NCBI GenBank assembly: GCA_001189215.1
Contig: LFCR01000004.1
Location: forward strand, 95,391 to 159,390
DNA length: 64,000 nt
Reading direction: 5' to 3'
Origin: Parcubacteria bacterium C7867-008
GTDB taxonomy: Bacteria; Patescibacteriota; Minisyncoccia; Phycocordibacterales; Phycocordibacteraceae
Shown here: positions 38,247-46,495 of the stretch, piece after piece
Position numbering within the stretch: the stretch's first letter is position 1
Layout: every line of letters begins with the position of its first letter
Made by a program: the position numbers and the translations under genes
Notes under the pieces: generated by a model
Told to the model about the DNA's origin: nothing
Seen by the model: the letters and a program-made list of their open reading frames with translations, nothing else
The model's database searches: none

Positions 38247-38675
38247 GTGTCCATGACTGAAAAACAGAAGGTAGTTGTCTATGTCGTTAAAGACGGAAAG
38301 CTTCTCGTTTTCCGGCACACTGATTTCTCATACGAAGAAGTAGGAATTCAAGTACCAGCTGGAACAATTAAGGAAGGAGAAGATCCAGAATCCGCTGCAC
38401 TACGCGAACTGCACGAGGAAACAGGCCGCGACGGTTTCAGGATTGTTGAAAAGCTTGGAGTGGAAACGTACCACAAGATGCCCGAGAAGCCTGAAACACA
38501 TGTCAGGCACTTCTTCCTGGCCGAATCGATAACCTCTCATCCTGAGCGATGGTTAAGCCAGGAGCTTCATGACGGGGAGCAGGAACCTACAAACTTCGAA
38601 TGCTTCTGGATCCCGTTAGACCGGGGTCATATCCTAGAATCTGGACTCGGAGCATTGTTGCATAAGGTCGTATAG
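38247..38675 (+). CDS. cassette-encoded Nudix hydrolase
   Basis: Nudix box GTIKEGEDPESAALRELHEETGR (GX5EX7REUXEEXGU). Its stop codon TAG overlaps the first G of R3. Confidence 0.8.
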   Translation: MSMTEKQKVVVYVVKDGKLLVFRHTDFSYEEVGIQVPAGTIKEGEDPESAALRELHEETGRDGFRIVEKLGVETYHKMPEKPETHVRHFFLAESITSHPERWLSQELHDGEQEPTNFECFWIPLDRGHILESGLGALLHKVV

Positions 38676-38702
38676 GTTCCAACATCGTCCCACACAGCCA
38701 AC
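38675..38702 (+). repeat. cassette boundary repeat R3 (3' half diverged)
   Basis: GGTTCCAACATCGTCCCACACAGCCAAC. Confidence 0.7.
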
Positions 38703-38718
38703 AATATTTCCGCATATA

Positions 38719-38747
38719 TTGACTTATTTACATATTAGTGCTAATGT
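38719..38747 (+). promoter_or_regulatory. sigma70-like promoter (TTGACT-17-TAATGT) inside a non-coding cassette
   Basis: Read directly; followed about 80 nt later by the hairpin GGCCCCGCAGACTTTATGTCATGCGGGGC plus TTTTGATT, with no credible ORF between them. Confidence 0.35.
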
Positions 38748-38856
38748 ATTTCCAGACGAGAAAATTCTCACTTTATAGCGTATTTGCCTTTCCCATTACC
38801 AAATGGCAAGGCTTGGCCCCGCAGACTTTATGTCATGCGGGGCTTTTGATTAAAAA

Positions 38857-38884
38857 AGTTCCAACATCGTCCCAGACTGCCAGC
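38857..38884 (+). repeat. cassette boundary repeat R4
   Basis: AGTTCCAACATCGTCCCAGACTGCCAGC (1 mismatch). Confidence 0.85.
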
Positions 38885-38950
38885 AAAAACGAAACCCCGC
38901 GACCAAATGGTGCGGGGTTCCCGTTAAGGCATTTCGGGTAAGCCTACGCT

Positions 38951-39448
38951 TCAGAGGTGACTGAACTTCGGGTAGTGGCTGTCGAGTTCCTGGCGATCCT
39001 CCTGTTGCTCGTCAGTCAGGTTGCCGCGGCCGAACCGAGAGGTAGGTAGGTTGAACTTTTTCACGATCGCTTCACAGATCTCGAAGTCGAGCCTGGTGTA
39101 GCACTGTTGAGGGCCGAGATCGAAGTCTTCCGGGATAACACCGAGATACTTCAGGGCGGTCGCCATGTCGTAGCCGTAGTGCGTCGTCCACTCGAAGTAG
39201 CTGGAGAGGCCGTTGGAGACGACAGCCCAGGCAGCGATACGCTGGTACTGGAGATCCATGCCGCATAGGACGGCGGCAACGAAGCGATCATTCCAGTAGC
39301 ACTGGTGCTGGTGCTCGTTGTGGCCCGTCCAGACGCGCTGAGCACTGAGGCGGGTGAGCGGGTTCTCAAGGTGAGCGCCCGGCTCCTTCACGCACTTCGC
39401 GACATGCGCAAAGGCTTCTTTATCGGTCAGTTCCACAGCCTGGGTCAT
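38951..39448 (-). CDS. cassette ORF, GC-rich hypothetical protein
   Basis: 165-aa ORF; minus-strand terminator AACCCCGCACCATTTGGTCGCGGGGTTTCGTTTTT precedes R4. Confidence 0.45.
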   Translation of the reverse strand: MTQAVELTDKEAFAHVAKCVKEPGAHLENPLTRLSAQRVWTGHNEHQHQCYWNDRFVAAVLCGMDLQYQRIAAWAVVSNGLSSYFEWTTHYGYDMATALKYLGVIPEDFDLGPQQCYTRLDFEICEAIVKKFNLPTSRFGRGNLTDEQQEDRQELDSHYPKFSHL

Positions 39449-39520
39449 TTGCAGTCCCGCGTCTGAGCTCTCTGAGCTGGTTGAAATGTACGCTAGACCA
39501 AGTAGGTCCTTGCTGATACC

Positions 39521-39548
39521 TTTATATCATATTTACATATTTAGTCAA
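39521..39548 (-). promoter_or_regulatory. sigma70-like promoter (TTGACT-16-TATAAA) for cassette ORF 38951-39448
   Basis: Reverse complement of AGTCAA 39543-39548 and TTTATA 39521-39526. Confidence 0.4.
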
Positions 39549-39557
39549 GCATAAAAA

Positions 39558-39585
39558 GGTTCCAACATCGTCCCAGACTGCCAGC
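39558..39585 (+). repeat. cassette boundary repeat R5
   Basis: Exact consensus. Confidence 0.9.
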
Positions 39586-39591
39586 AATTGA

Positions 39592-39858
39592 TCAAAGTCT
39601 CGAAACCGCGCAATACCCATCACCATAGACATTCACAATAATGCTTCCACTCTTACTTCTGCAGCTCTCCCTCGCTGCATTAAGTTCAGTCCCTGACATA
39701 TTCCTAGAGAAAACAGGAGTTTTGTATACTACGTACCAGTCTGTCCCATACCCGATCACATCACCAAACTGAAAAGACGTTATTCGGTAAGGAGAAAGTA
39801 GGTATAGTCCGGCAAGAACGCCCAAGCCAATAAATATATAGCGAGCGTACTTTTTCAT
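39592..39858 (-). CDS. cassette ORF, small secreted/membrane protein (AT-rich)
   Basis: 88 aa, N-terminal hydrophobic helix. Confidence 0.4.
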   Translation of the reverse strand: MKKYARYIFIGLGVLAGLYLLSPYRITSFQFGDVIGYGTDWYVVYKTPVFSRNMSGTELNAARESCRSKSGSIIVNVYGDGYCAVSRL

Positions 39859-39882
39859 GCATTAAGTCTAGCACCCATAAAG

Positions 39883-39910
39883 GTTCCAACATCGTCCCAG
39901 ACTGCCAGCA
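39883..39910 (+). repeat. cassette boundary repeat R6
   Basis: Exact consensus. Confidence 0.9.
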
Positions 39911-39972
39911 AACAGAAAACCCGCTCAGCGAAGCTAAACGAGCTTCTGCTGGAACGGGTCCAGGGCGATTGA

Positions 39973-40170
39973 TCAGTTCGGCACGAACTTCACGTCGGCG
40001 GAGACTTGACCGATAGGCGGCGTCCAACCGAGCTGCGGGTGGAAGTGGGCAGTCTGGATACCCACGAGGAAGGCCAGAGCCGCGCCAGCGACCATGATGC
40101 AGGTCAGAAAGCGGCGTTCGAAGGTGTTAGGCGAAGGTGCGATGCGCGTGCGCGCCATGTGCGTTCTCAA
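39973..40170 (-). CDS. cassette ORF, small GC-rich membrane protein
   Basis: 65 aa with a TM helix. Confidence 0.3.
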   Translation of the reverse strand: MRTHMARTRIAPSPNTFERRFLTCIMVAGAALAFLVGIQTAHFHPQLGWTPPIGQVSADVKFVPN

Positions 40171-40224
40171 TGCTGTGCGACCCTGCGGATCGGCTCATTC
40201 CTGCACGATGCTGGAACTGATAGG

Positions 40225-40253
40225 TTAATACAACTATTTAAATATTCTGTCAA
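40225..40253 (-). promoter_or_regulatory. sigma70-like promoter (TTGACA-17-TATTAA) for cassette ORF 39973-40170
   Basis: Reverse complement of TGTCAA 40248-40253 and TTAATA 40225-40230. Confidence 0.4.
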
Positions 40254-40264
40254 TTAAGGACAAA

Positions 40265-40292
40265 GGTTCCAACATCGTCCCAGACTGCCAGC
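40265..40292 (+). repeat. cassette boundary repeat R7
   Basis: Exact consensus. Confidence 0.9.
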
Positions 40293-40374
40293 AGCTAACT
40301 ATCAATATATAAAAGAAACCGCCCCACTACTGAACGCTGTGAGGCGTCTCTTGTAGTGAGGCGGTGTGCCCCGA

Positions 40375-40833
40375 TCAAACCGAGATCGGAATGGTGATGT
40401 CGAGGATCTCGAGCGCGAACTCCCAATCCTTGGTTTCAGCCACATCCGAGCGCGTACGGGCCCGTCGGTGATCAGCCATCCCAGGCCAGTCGAGCATGCG
40501 TCCCATCTGGGTGACCCAGTCGTACCGATCACCGTGGTGGTGGCCGTCGGTGCAGATCACGCAGGGAATGCCCTTTGCGTTTGCCAACGACATGACCGCC
40601 ACACCGCAGGGCTCGAGGATATTGTTGTCGACGCCATTAGAGTTGCCGCTGCGACCCTGCGGGAAGAAAAGGTCGGTGATCACGTGCGTGATGCCGTACT
40701 GCTCGCTCTTGAGCAGGGCCTGTTCGGCGAAGTCCAGGTTCTTCACATGGATGAACTCGATGCCGGCACGCTGCAGGATGTTTATCGCATCGTCGGCATG
40801 ACGTGCAGTGTCTTCAACGAGCAGAATCTTCAT
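40375..40833 (-). CDS. cassette ORF, stand-alone receiver(REC)-like domain protein, GC-rich
   Basis: MKILLVEDTARHADDAINILQ...ITHVITDLFFP CheY-like layout. Confidence 0.45.
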   Translation of the reverse strand: MKILLVEDTARHADDAINILQRAGIEFIHVKNLDFAEQALLKSEQYGITHVITDLFFPQGRSGNSNGVDNNILEPCGVAVMSLANAKGIPCVICTDGHHHGDRYDWVTQMGRMLDWPGMADHRRARTRSDVAETKDWEFALEILDITIPISV

Positions 40834-40871
40834 TGCTGGCCTCCTTGGCCTTGTTTCTGAATCCTAGGCTT

Positions 40872-40900
40872 ATATTACTACAGTATGTGTACTTTGTCAA
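40872..40900 (-). promoter_or_regulatory. sigma70-like promoter (TTGACA-17-TAATAT) for cassette ORF 40375-40833
   Basis: Reverse complement of TGTCAA 40895-40900 and ATATTA 40872-40877. Confidence 0.4.
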
Positions 40901-40907
40901 GTAAAAC

Positions 40908-40935
40908 GGTTCCAACATCGTCCCAGACGGCCAGC
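40908..40935 (+). repeat. cassette boundary repeat R8
   Basis: GGTTCCAACATCGTCCCAGACGGCCAGC (1 mismatch). Confidence 0.85.
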
Positions 40936-40953
40936 TATTATTTATAAAAGTTA

Positions 40954-41610
40954 TTGTGGCATAATGTTCATATGCCTGAAGGAATTAAAGATTGGAGAAG
41001 ACTTTTTGCCGAAGGAAGGAATTCAGACCCTGCACGTAAGGATGTTCCCGTTTCGCAAGAACCAGTGCTTGAGTCACGGACCAAAACAGAAGGTCATAGA
41101 GTGGAAAAAATTCCTCTCGAACCAACAGTGCTTTCACCGGTTCAGCTTACAAATACCAAATTCCTTGATAATCCTTCCAAGCGAAGACTTGTTGCTGGTG
41201 ACTTTAAAAGACTCATTCTTGATAAAGCACGTCCGGTAGTGCTACAGGATTCATTAACTTTAGAAAGATTTGATCTTTCTAAAGGAGACAAAGATAGAAA
41301 TATTGTTGCAGATGTTCCTGAAGAAGCTTTCTTTGCTGATGAAACGGAATTATATGCCCGTGTTGCACAACTCATATCTCTTGAAGAGAGCGGCTATTCA
41401 GGTATCCTCGCAACTGGTAGTTCGATGAATGTTTTTTATCTAAAAGGCAAGAAAACCGTAGTCATGGTGCATACTGCAATTTCCAACGCTACTCGCCAAC
41501 GAGTCTGGGTATCAGACGCTGATTCATTCGATGCGCCTGGACATCGTCCAGAAACTCGAGTCTTTTTAAAGAATATTGAATCAAAGGCACCAATTCCTGA
41601 TGAGACTTAG
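40954..41610 (+). CDS. cassette ORF, hypothetical protein (AT-rich)
   Basis: 218-aa ORF; an alternative start is the Met at 40972. Confidence 0.4.
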   Translation: MWHNVHMPEGIKDWRRLFAEGRNSDPARKDVPVSQEPVLESRTKTEGHRVEKIPLEPTVLSPVQLTNTKFLDNPSKRRLVAGDFKRLILDKARPVVLQDSLTLERFDLSKGDKDRNIVADVPEEAFFADETELYARVAQLISLEESGYSGILATGSSMNVFYLKGKKTVVMVHTAISNATRQRVWVSDADSFDAPGHRPETRVFLKNIESKAPIPDET

Positions 41611-41625
41611 AGATATTTCTAAAAA

Positions 41626-41653
41626 GGTTCCAACGTCGTCCCAAACTGCCAGC
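41626..41653 (+). repeat. cassette boundary repeat R9
   Basis: GGTTCCAACGTCGTCCCAAACTGCCAGC (2 mismatches). Confidence 0.85.
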
Positions 41654-41723
41654 AATAAAAGAAAGATCGCCTACAGGAAGCGACCTTCCGTAAGCGATTA
41701 TGGTTTCACTTTGTCTGTGAATC

Positions 41724-42059
41724 TCACAGCTCCTCGAACTTTGTGCTCACCCATTCGGGAGTTACCTCAATTGTTGCCCGTTCAAGAACTTTTGCAATGT
41801 CGGGCGCGGGCATGACCGACGTCGTACCACACTTTTCGCAGTCTCGGCGCTGCGCAAGAGACTGCACACACTCTTTAACCATGTCCACATGTGGCGTAGG
41901 TGGATGTCTTTCGAAAGATGAGTATCCCCAAGCGGTATTCTCGTGGCTGCAGCAAGGACACACGAGAACGGCATCGAAACCAAGGGCTCTATTTCCAAGG
42001 GGCCCGCGAGGCACGAACCTGTGCCCCTGGACCTTTGGTTCCCAGCTCTTTAAATACAT
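41724..42059 (-). CDS. cassette ORF, Cys-rich zinc-ribbon-like protein, GC-rich
   Basis: CPCCSHENTAWG ... CEKCGTT. Confidence 0.4.
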   Translation of the reverse strand: MYLKSWEPKVQGHRFVPRGPLGNRALGFDAVLVCPCCSHENTAWGYSSFERHPPTPHVDMVKECVQSLAQRRDCEKCGTTSVMPAPDIAKVLERATIEVTPEWVSTKFEEL

Positions 42060-42112
42060 GACGTGTTCCCTTCAATGGAGGTCTGGACAGAACCTACCAT
42101 AGATTGCATAAA

Positions 42113-42140
42113 GGTTCCAACGTCGTCCCAGCTGCCACCC
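42113..42140 (+). repeat. cassette boundary repeat R10 (3' end diverged)
   Basis: GGTTCCAACGTCGTCCCAGCTGCCACCC, preceded by GGTCTGGACAGAACCTACCATAGATTGCATAAA. Confidence 0.75.
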
Positions 42141-42158
42141 TTTTGATATAATTAACTC

Positions 42159-42548
42159 ATGCACAAAGACATTCGGACATATAATTCTGCGCTTACAAAA
42201 GAGGATAAGAAGATCTGTAACACCTTAGCAAACGAGATCGATGCAAGTCTGCCAGAAGCTGAGAGCAAAATATGGCACAGGAGCCCTGTGTGGTTCTTGG
42301 AAGGCAATCCCGTGGTTGGGTATGCAAAACGTAAAGATAACGTTCAACTCCTTTTCTGGAGTGGTCAATCATTTGAGGAAAAGTGCTTAGCACCCGAGGG
42401 AAGCTTCAAGGCGGCACAAGCTCGGTACATCAAAGCTTCCGAAATAGAGCTGAAGGATCTAAAACGTTGGTTAAAGAAAGCAAAATTGATCCAGTGGGAT
42501 TATAAGAATATTGTCAAAAGAAAAGGGAAGCTGGTCCGCATTACATAA
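42159..42548 (+). CDS. cassette ORF, hypothetical (DUF1801/YdhG-like)
   Basis: 129-aa ORF starting 19 nt after R10. Confidence 0.4.
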   Translation: MHKDIRTYNSALTKEDKKICNTLANEIDASLPEAESKIWHRSPVWFLEGNPVVGYAKRKDNVQLLFWSGQSFEEKCLAPEGSFKAAQARYIKASEIELKDLKRWLKKAKLIQWDYKNIVKRKGKLVRIT

Positions 42549-42551
42549 AAC

Positions 42552-42575
42552 TTCCAACAATTGTCATGGCGCTAT
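42552..42575 (+). repeat. degenerate boundary repeat (CTTCCAACAATTGTCATGGCGC)
   Basis: Shares TTCCAACA..GTC with the consensus; overlaps a TATAAT -10 element just before the next ORF. Confidence 0.3.
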
Positions 42576-42585
42576 AATTAAACGT

Positions 42586-42897
42586 ATGAAGCTTGAAACT
42601 TTCCGCGCAACACCATTGATAAAGCAGAAGTTTGTATTGGTACGCGTTTCTCAGTCTAACAAAGAACATTTGCTGCTTTGGGGTAATCCAGATATTGAGT
42701 GGCACATGCAGATCATTGAAGAGATAACTAATGCAGGTCATGAGATAAAAGATATCCTTGGCGGCGGATGGCTACTATCAAAGCCAGAAGATAGAGTAGT
42801 TTACATCTGGGGGAAGAGCGATCGTCTTGGGTTGGCACCGATTGAATTGGTTAGGGAAGTGCTTGGAGACAGCGTTGTTGAGAGTGAACCAGAATAA
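42586..42897 (+). CDS. hypothetical protein
   Basis: Start at the internal Met (MKLETFRATPL) of ORF 42511-42897. Confidence 0.35.
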   Translation: MKLETFRATPLIKQKFVLVRVSQSNKEHLLLWGNPDIEWHMQIIEEITNAGHEIKDILGGGWLLSKPEDRVVYIWGKSDRLGLAPIELVREVLGDSVVESEPE

Positions 42898-42898
42898 G

Positions 42899-42926
42899 GG
42901 TTTCAGCATCATGCCTGCAGAACACT
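42899..42926 (+). repeat. degenerate boundary repeat (GGTTTCAGCATCATGCCTGCAGAACAC)
   Basis: About 19/28 identity to the consensus. Confidence 0.3.
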
Positions 42927-42950
42927 ATTTATTCTTAGGTATATTATTTT

Positions 42951-43238
42951 ATGAATCCTAAGCTCTCAAAGACAGTTTCACTTCTCTTGATGCTCACACC
43001 AATAGCACTCTTAGCTACATATTTTGGTGTATCAGTGACAACAGCAATTCCAAATATTCCGTTGAAAGTTATTGGCATAGGGTATTTTGCTTTAAGCGTT
43101 CTGTTTTCGATAATAAACTACTTCCTTAATGGTTTGCGCACCTTGCTCATACACTGTGCCGTTATCGTGGCAGGTACCATAGGAGTAGTAGTGTTCTACG
43201 TGCTACTACTTTTCTGTATGTTTCCTCTTCCGCTCTAA
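42951..43238 (+). CDS. small membrane protein
   Basis: Three predicted TM helices. Confidence 0.35.
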   Translation: MNPKLSKTVSLLLMLTPIALLATYFGVSVTTAIPNIPLKVIGIGYFALSVLFSIINYFLNGLRTLLIHCAVIVAGTIGVVVFYVLLLFCMFPLPL

Positions 43239-43320
43239 TTAAAAGCTTGTGACTGCACCCAGCCGTAATATATTTAATATTCTTGATTAAATAAGCGCAG
43301 ACAGGTGCTACACTTTCTTC

Positions 43321-43602
43321 ATGAAAGCCTTAAGTATAGTCTCCTTGTTGATTAGTGTGGGTTTCTTTGCCTTTGCTTGGTACATAGCTCTAAACTCAAC
43401 AAACGGCGGATACACATGGGCGTATATAACAGCAGTGTTCATATGCCTTATTGGCGCAGGATTCTTAGGAACTGGAATCGCCTTGTATAGAACTAGGTTT
43501 ATGGCAAATTCAATGATTCCTCCACTTATATTTGTAGGAGTTCTCATATTTCTTGCTGGGTTTGTCTTTTTCTATATAAAACTTGCCGTTCCAGGCTTAT
43601 AA
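43321..43602 (+). CDS. small membrane protein
   Basis: Three predicted TM helices. Confidence 0.35.
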   Translation: MKALSIVSLLISVGFFAFAWYIALNSTNGGYTWAYITAVFICLIGAGFLGTGIALYRTRFMANSMIPPLIFVGVLIFLAGFVFFYIKLAVPGL

Positions 43603-44122
43603 AACAGATATGATTGCACGAATTCTCTTAGGTATCTGCTCCGTAATAAGTGTTCTGCTTTTTGTGATTATTGGATACGGCACTTCAAGTGAATGTTTAG
43701 TTGGTGACAATCCATTAGCTCAAATCCTTTTACTTCCACCACTCCTCATTCTTTGGTTTGGTTTATATTCGTCATTTAAAACCCCCACACTGCGACGTGC
43801 TGTATTCATTCTTCTTTTTGCATTATTCATCGCGTTCGTAACACTATATGGTTCAGGTACTTCAAGATGCAGTCCTAACGATAGTTCAAAGAAGGGCACT
43901 CTGCGAACTCTGCAAAAGGTGCTTTCAGAGTATTACGCTGACAACCACTCGTACCCTGAAACCCTTTCGGACTTCTCAGATTACATTGGTCCACGCACAG
44001 AAGCATCTGATATCAGGTACAGTCATACAAAAGACTCATACCAGATGTGCACTACCATTAAATACAAGTACTTCTACCACATACCACTAAATGCAGGGGA
44101 GGAGTATTGTCTAGGTTCGTAG
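43583..44122 (+). CDS. membrane-anchored hypothetical protein
   Basis: Two TM helices, then a soluble C-terminal domain. Confidence 0.4.
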   Translation: MPFQAYKTDMIARILLGICSVISVLLFVIIGYGTSSECLVGDNPLAQILLLPPLLILWFGLYSSFKTPTLRRAVFILLFALFIAFVTLYGSGTSRCSPNDSSKKGTLRTLQKVLSEYYADNHSYPETLSDFSDYIGPRTEASDIRYSHTKDSYQMCTTIKYKYFYHIPLNAGEEYCLGS

Positions 44123-44138
44123 ATGATACAGTAGAGGT

Positions 44139-44573
44139 ATGAAACCAGACGCATTCCTTAAGACTTATTTCTGGCCCACGAAGGTTCGTGTGTTGGTATT
44201 TATGGTGTTAAGTATCTATGTGACCTTAAGTACTATGTTCCTTGCCCCATTCATGAATGACGAGCAGCCAGAACGACCGCTAACCGTGCTGGAACAAGTA
44301 GGCATGGTTGCAACCTATCCTTCAATGATATTCAGCAAGCCATTCATCTATATCTCTGGGAACCTATTTACTCAGCAGGTTACCCTAAGCGACCTCATGC
44401 AACAGCCAGGCAGTACGGCACTTCCACTAACTCCTAACGCAACCATTGAGAGCAGCACTATCACACAAGCAAGTCCTTTTGGGTTTGCGCTTGGGGCCAT
44501 CCTTGAATCTCTATCACTGTATATACTTGCGTGTTTGATCTGTCTCCCGGTTAAAAAGAAGAAAACGGTGTAG
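44139..44573 (+). CDS. membrane hypothetical protein
   Basis: TM helices at the N- and C-termini. Confidence 0.35.
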   Translation: MKPDAFLKTYFWPTKVRVLVFMVLSIYVTLSTMFLAPFMNDEQPERPLTVLEQVGMVATYPSMIFSKPFIYISGNLFTQQVTLSDLMQQPGSTALPLTPNATIESSTITQASPFGFALGAILESLSLYILACLICLPVKKKKTV

Positions 44574-44584
44574 AAAGGAGAGGT

Positions 44585-45643
44585 TTGAGGTATGGTATCG
44601 CTATGGAATCCATAGCAAGTAAGAACGTATTTGTTGGACTATCCGGAGGAGTAGACTCCGCGGTTTCGGCTGCACTCTTACAAAACGCAGGAGCGCATGT
44701 CACAGGAGTGTTTATTAAAGGATGGTATCCCCCTGGTATGCCGTGTACTTGGGCAGAAGATCGGCGTGATGCGATGCGTGTCGCTGCACACCTAGGCGTT
44801 CCATTTCATACGCTTGATGCGTCCACAGAATACAAACAAGGAGTCATAGACTATCTCATCTCTGAGTACGCAGCGGGGAGAACACCAAACCCGGACATAA
44901 TGTGTAACAGGGAAGTTAAGTTTGGAGCGTTCTACCGCTTTGCGAAAGAACACAACGCAGACTTCATTGCCACCGGACACTACGCACAAACAAAAGATGG
45001 TCAACTTTTTCGAGGTATAGATCCATCAAAGGATCAGAGCTATTTCCTATGGGCAGTGCCAAAAGAAGCATTGAGTCAAACACTCTTTCCGGTTGGAGGC
45101 CTGCCGAAATCAGAAGTACGTGCTCTTGCAGAGAAATTCAATCTTCCTGTTGCGCAGAAGAAGGATAGTCAGGGAATTTGTTTCCTAGGATCTATTTCCG
45201 TTGATGAGTTCCTGCGCAATGAGCTGAAAACAGAAGAAGGTGATGTGCTTGATGAGACGGGACAAAAGATTGGCACACATGATGGCGCAGTTCTCCACAC
45301 ACTTGGTGAACGCATTACACCTCACGACGCGGAACAGGGTCCTTGGTATGTGGTCCGTAAAGATCTTGCAATAAATGTACTGGTGGTGAGACACGGATCT
45401 GCGGCATTTGAAACACCACCAGCAACGCTCACTCTACGAGACACTAACTGGTTTACTCCAGATGCCTTAGAGGGAACACTTGAAGCACAGTATCGGTATC
45501 ACGGTTCAGTTACTGCAGGTACGTACGATAAGAAGACCTCAACATTTACTCCAAGCGTACCGCTTCCAGAGCCCATTGCAGCTGGGCAGTCTCTTGTGTT
45601 GTATGTAGGGGATAGCTGTATTGGAGGTGGTATTATCGAGTAA
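44585..45643 (+). CDS. mnmA: tRNA-specific 2-thiouridylase MnmA
   Basis: PP-loop SGGVDSAV, catalytic Cys region, C-terminal barrel. Confidence 0.9.
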   Translation: MRYGIAMESIASKNVFVGLSGGVDSAVSAALLQNAGAHVTGVFIKGWYPPGMPCTWAEDRRDAMRVAAHLGVPFHTLDASTEYKQGVIDYLISEYAAGRTPNPDIMCNREVKFGAFYRFAKEHNADFIATGHYAQTKDGQLFRGIDPSKDQSYFLWAVPKEALSQTLFPVGGLPKSEVRALAEKFNLPVAQKKDSQGICFLGSISVDEFLRNELKTEEGDVLDETGQKIGTHDGAVLHTLGERITPHDAEQGPWYVVRKDLAINVLVVRHGSAAFETPPATLTLRDTNWFTPDALEGTLEAQYRYHGSVTAGTYDKKTSTFTPSVPLPEPIAAGQSLVLYVGDSCIGGGIIE

Positions 45644-46474
45644 ATGCCAGACATTGTTAAAGCAGACGGAACCGTTGAAACGTTCGTCCCAGAGAAGCTA
45701 GAAGAATCACTACGCCGAGCGGGTGCTGGCGCAGGTGCTGCCGAGAAGATACGTCGCACCATTGAAGCTAGTATTGCTCCAGGTTCTGAAAGTAATGATA
45801 TTTATCGTCGTGCGTTCCAGATGCTTCGTCGTGAAGGGCATGCAGCGGCGGCTCGTTATAGTCTTCGTCGCGCGCTCTTTGAATTTGGTCCCTCAGGGCA
45901 TCCCTTCGAAGATTTTGTTTCAGAACTATTTAAGAAGGAGGGGTGGAAAATTGAAACTCGACGATTGATCGCTGGTAAGTGTGTAACCCATGAAGTGGAT
46001 GTGTATGCGACACGTGGTAACGAAACACTTGCTGCTGAACTTAAATACCATAATGATCCTGGGTACAAAACTGATGTGAAAGTAGCCCTGTACGTAAAGG
46101 CACGCTTCGATGATATTTGGCAGTGTGATCCTGCGGTAAATAAGTCATGCCCAATTGATCGAGGGTATCTCATCACCAACACCAAGTTCACGTCCCAAGC
46201 AGTAGATTACGCGACCTGTTCCGGACTCAATCTCCTTGGATGGAGCTACCCCCATCACGGCAATCTCTATGACCGCATTATTGCTAGCGGTCTATACCCA
46301 ATCACTGCACTCACCACCGTGCGGAAGGCAGAGAAGCGTCTTCTCATTGATAGGAATATCTCCACTACTGATTTACTTCGTCAGCACCGTGAACTCCTAC
46401 GAGAAATCGGCGTAACTCCTGAACGTGTTGGCTCCATAGTGGCCGAAATAGAGACGTTAAACGATACCCTCTAG
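45644..46474 (+). CDS. ATP-cone domain fused to a restriction-endonuclease-like (Mrr-type) domain
   Basis: N-terminal VKADGTVETFVPEKLEESLRRAG is ATP-cone-like; HEVDVYATRGNE...ELKYHNDPGYKTDVKVALYVKARFDD is PD-(D/E)XK Mrr-like. Confidence 0.5.
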   Translation: MPDIVKADGTVETFVPEKLEESLRRAGAGAGAAEKIRRTIEASIAPGSESNDIYRRAFQMLRREGHAAAARYSLRRALFEFGPSGHPFEDFVSELFKKEGWKIETRRLIAGKCVTHEVDVYATRGNETLAAELKYHNDPGYKTDVKVALYVKARFDDIWQCDPAVNKSCPIDRGYLITNTKFTSQAVDYATCSGLNLLGWSYPHHGNLYDRIIASGLYPITALTTVRKAEKRLLIDRNISTTDLLRQHRELLREIGVTPERVGSIVAEIETLNDTL

Positions 46475-46495
46475 AACAGGATATACTGGGGGTAT

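Larger units (their letters stand above)
37010..42140 (+). mobile_element. integron-like array of single-gene cassettes delimited by a conserved 28-bp direct repeat (no integrase in window)
   Basis: Ten well-conserved copies of GGTTCCAACATCGTCCCAGACTGCCAGC in the same orientation, spaced 182-718 bp. Cassette ORFs run on both strands with alternating GC content. Degenerate copies at the left edge (37011) and to the right (42552, 42899). Confidence 0.55.

Noticed and set aside
38738-38941. ORF 38738-38941 (67 aa)
   Set aside because: It reads through an intrinsic terminator and boundary repeat R4; an artefact of six-frame calling.
37524-42140. CRISPR array as an explanation for the regularly recurring 28-bp repeat
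   Set aside because: Spacers would be 180-700 bp and contain full genes with promoters and terminators. The repeat is not palindromic, and no cas genes are adjacent. The Cas4-like gene at 46496 is a stand-alone PD-(D/E)XK nuclease.
37010-44580. Classical integron (intI plus attI plus attC)
   Set aside because: No IntI-like tyrosine recombinase in the window. The repeat lacks the R''/R' inverted core (RYYYAAC...GTTRRRY); GTTCCAAC is only near it. Cassettes carry their own promoters and point both ways. Retained only as integron-like.
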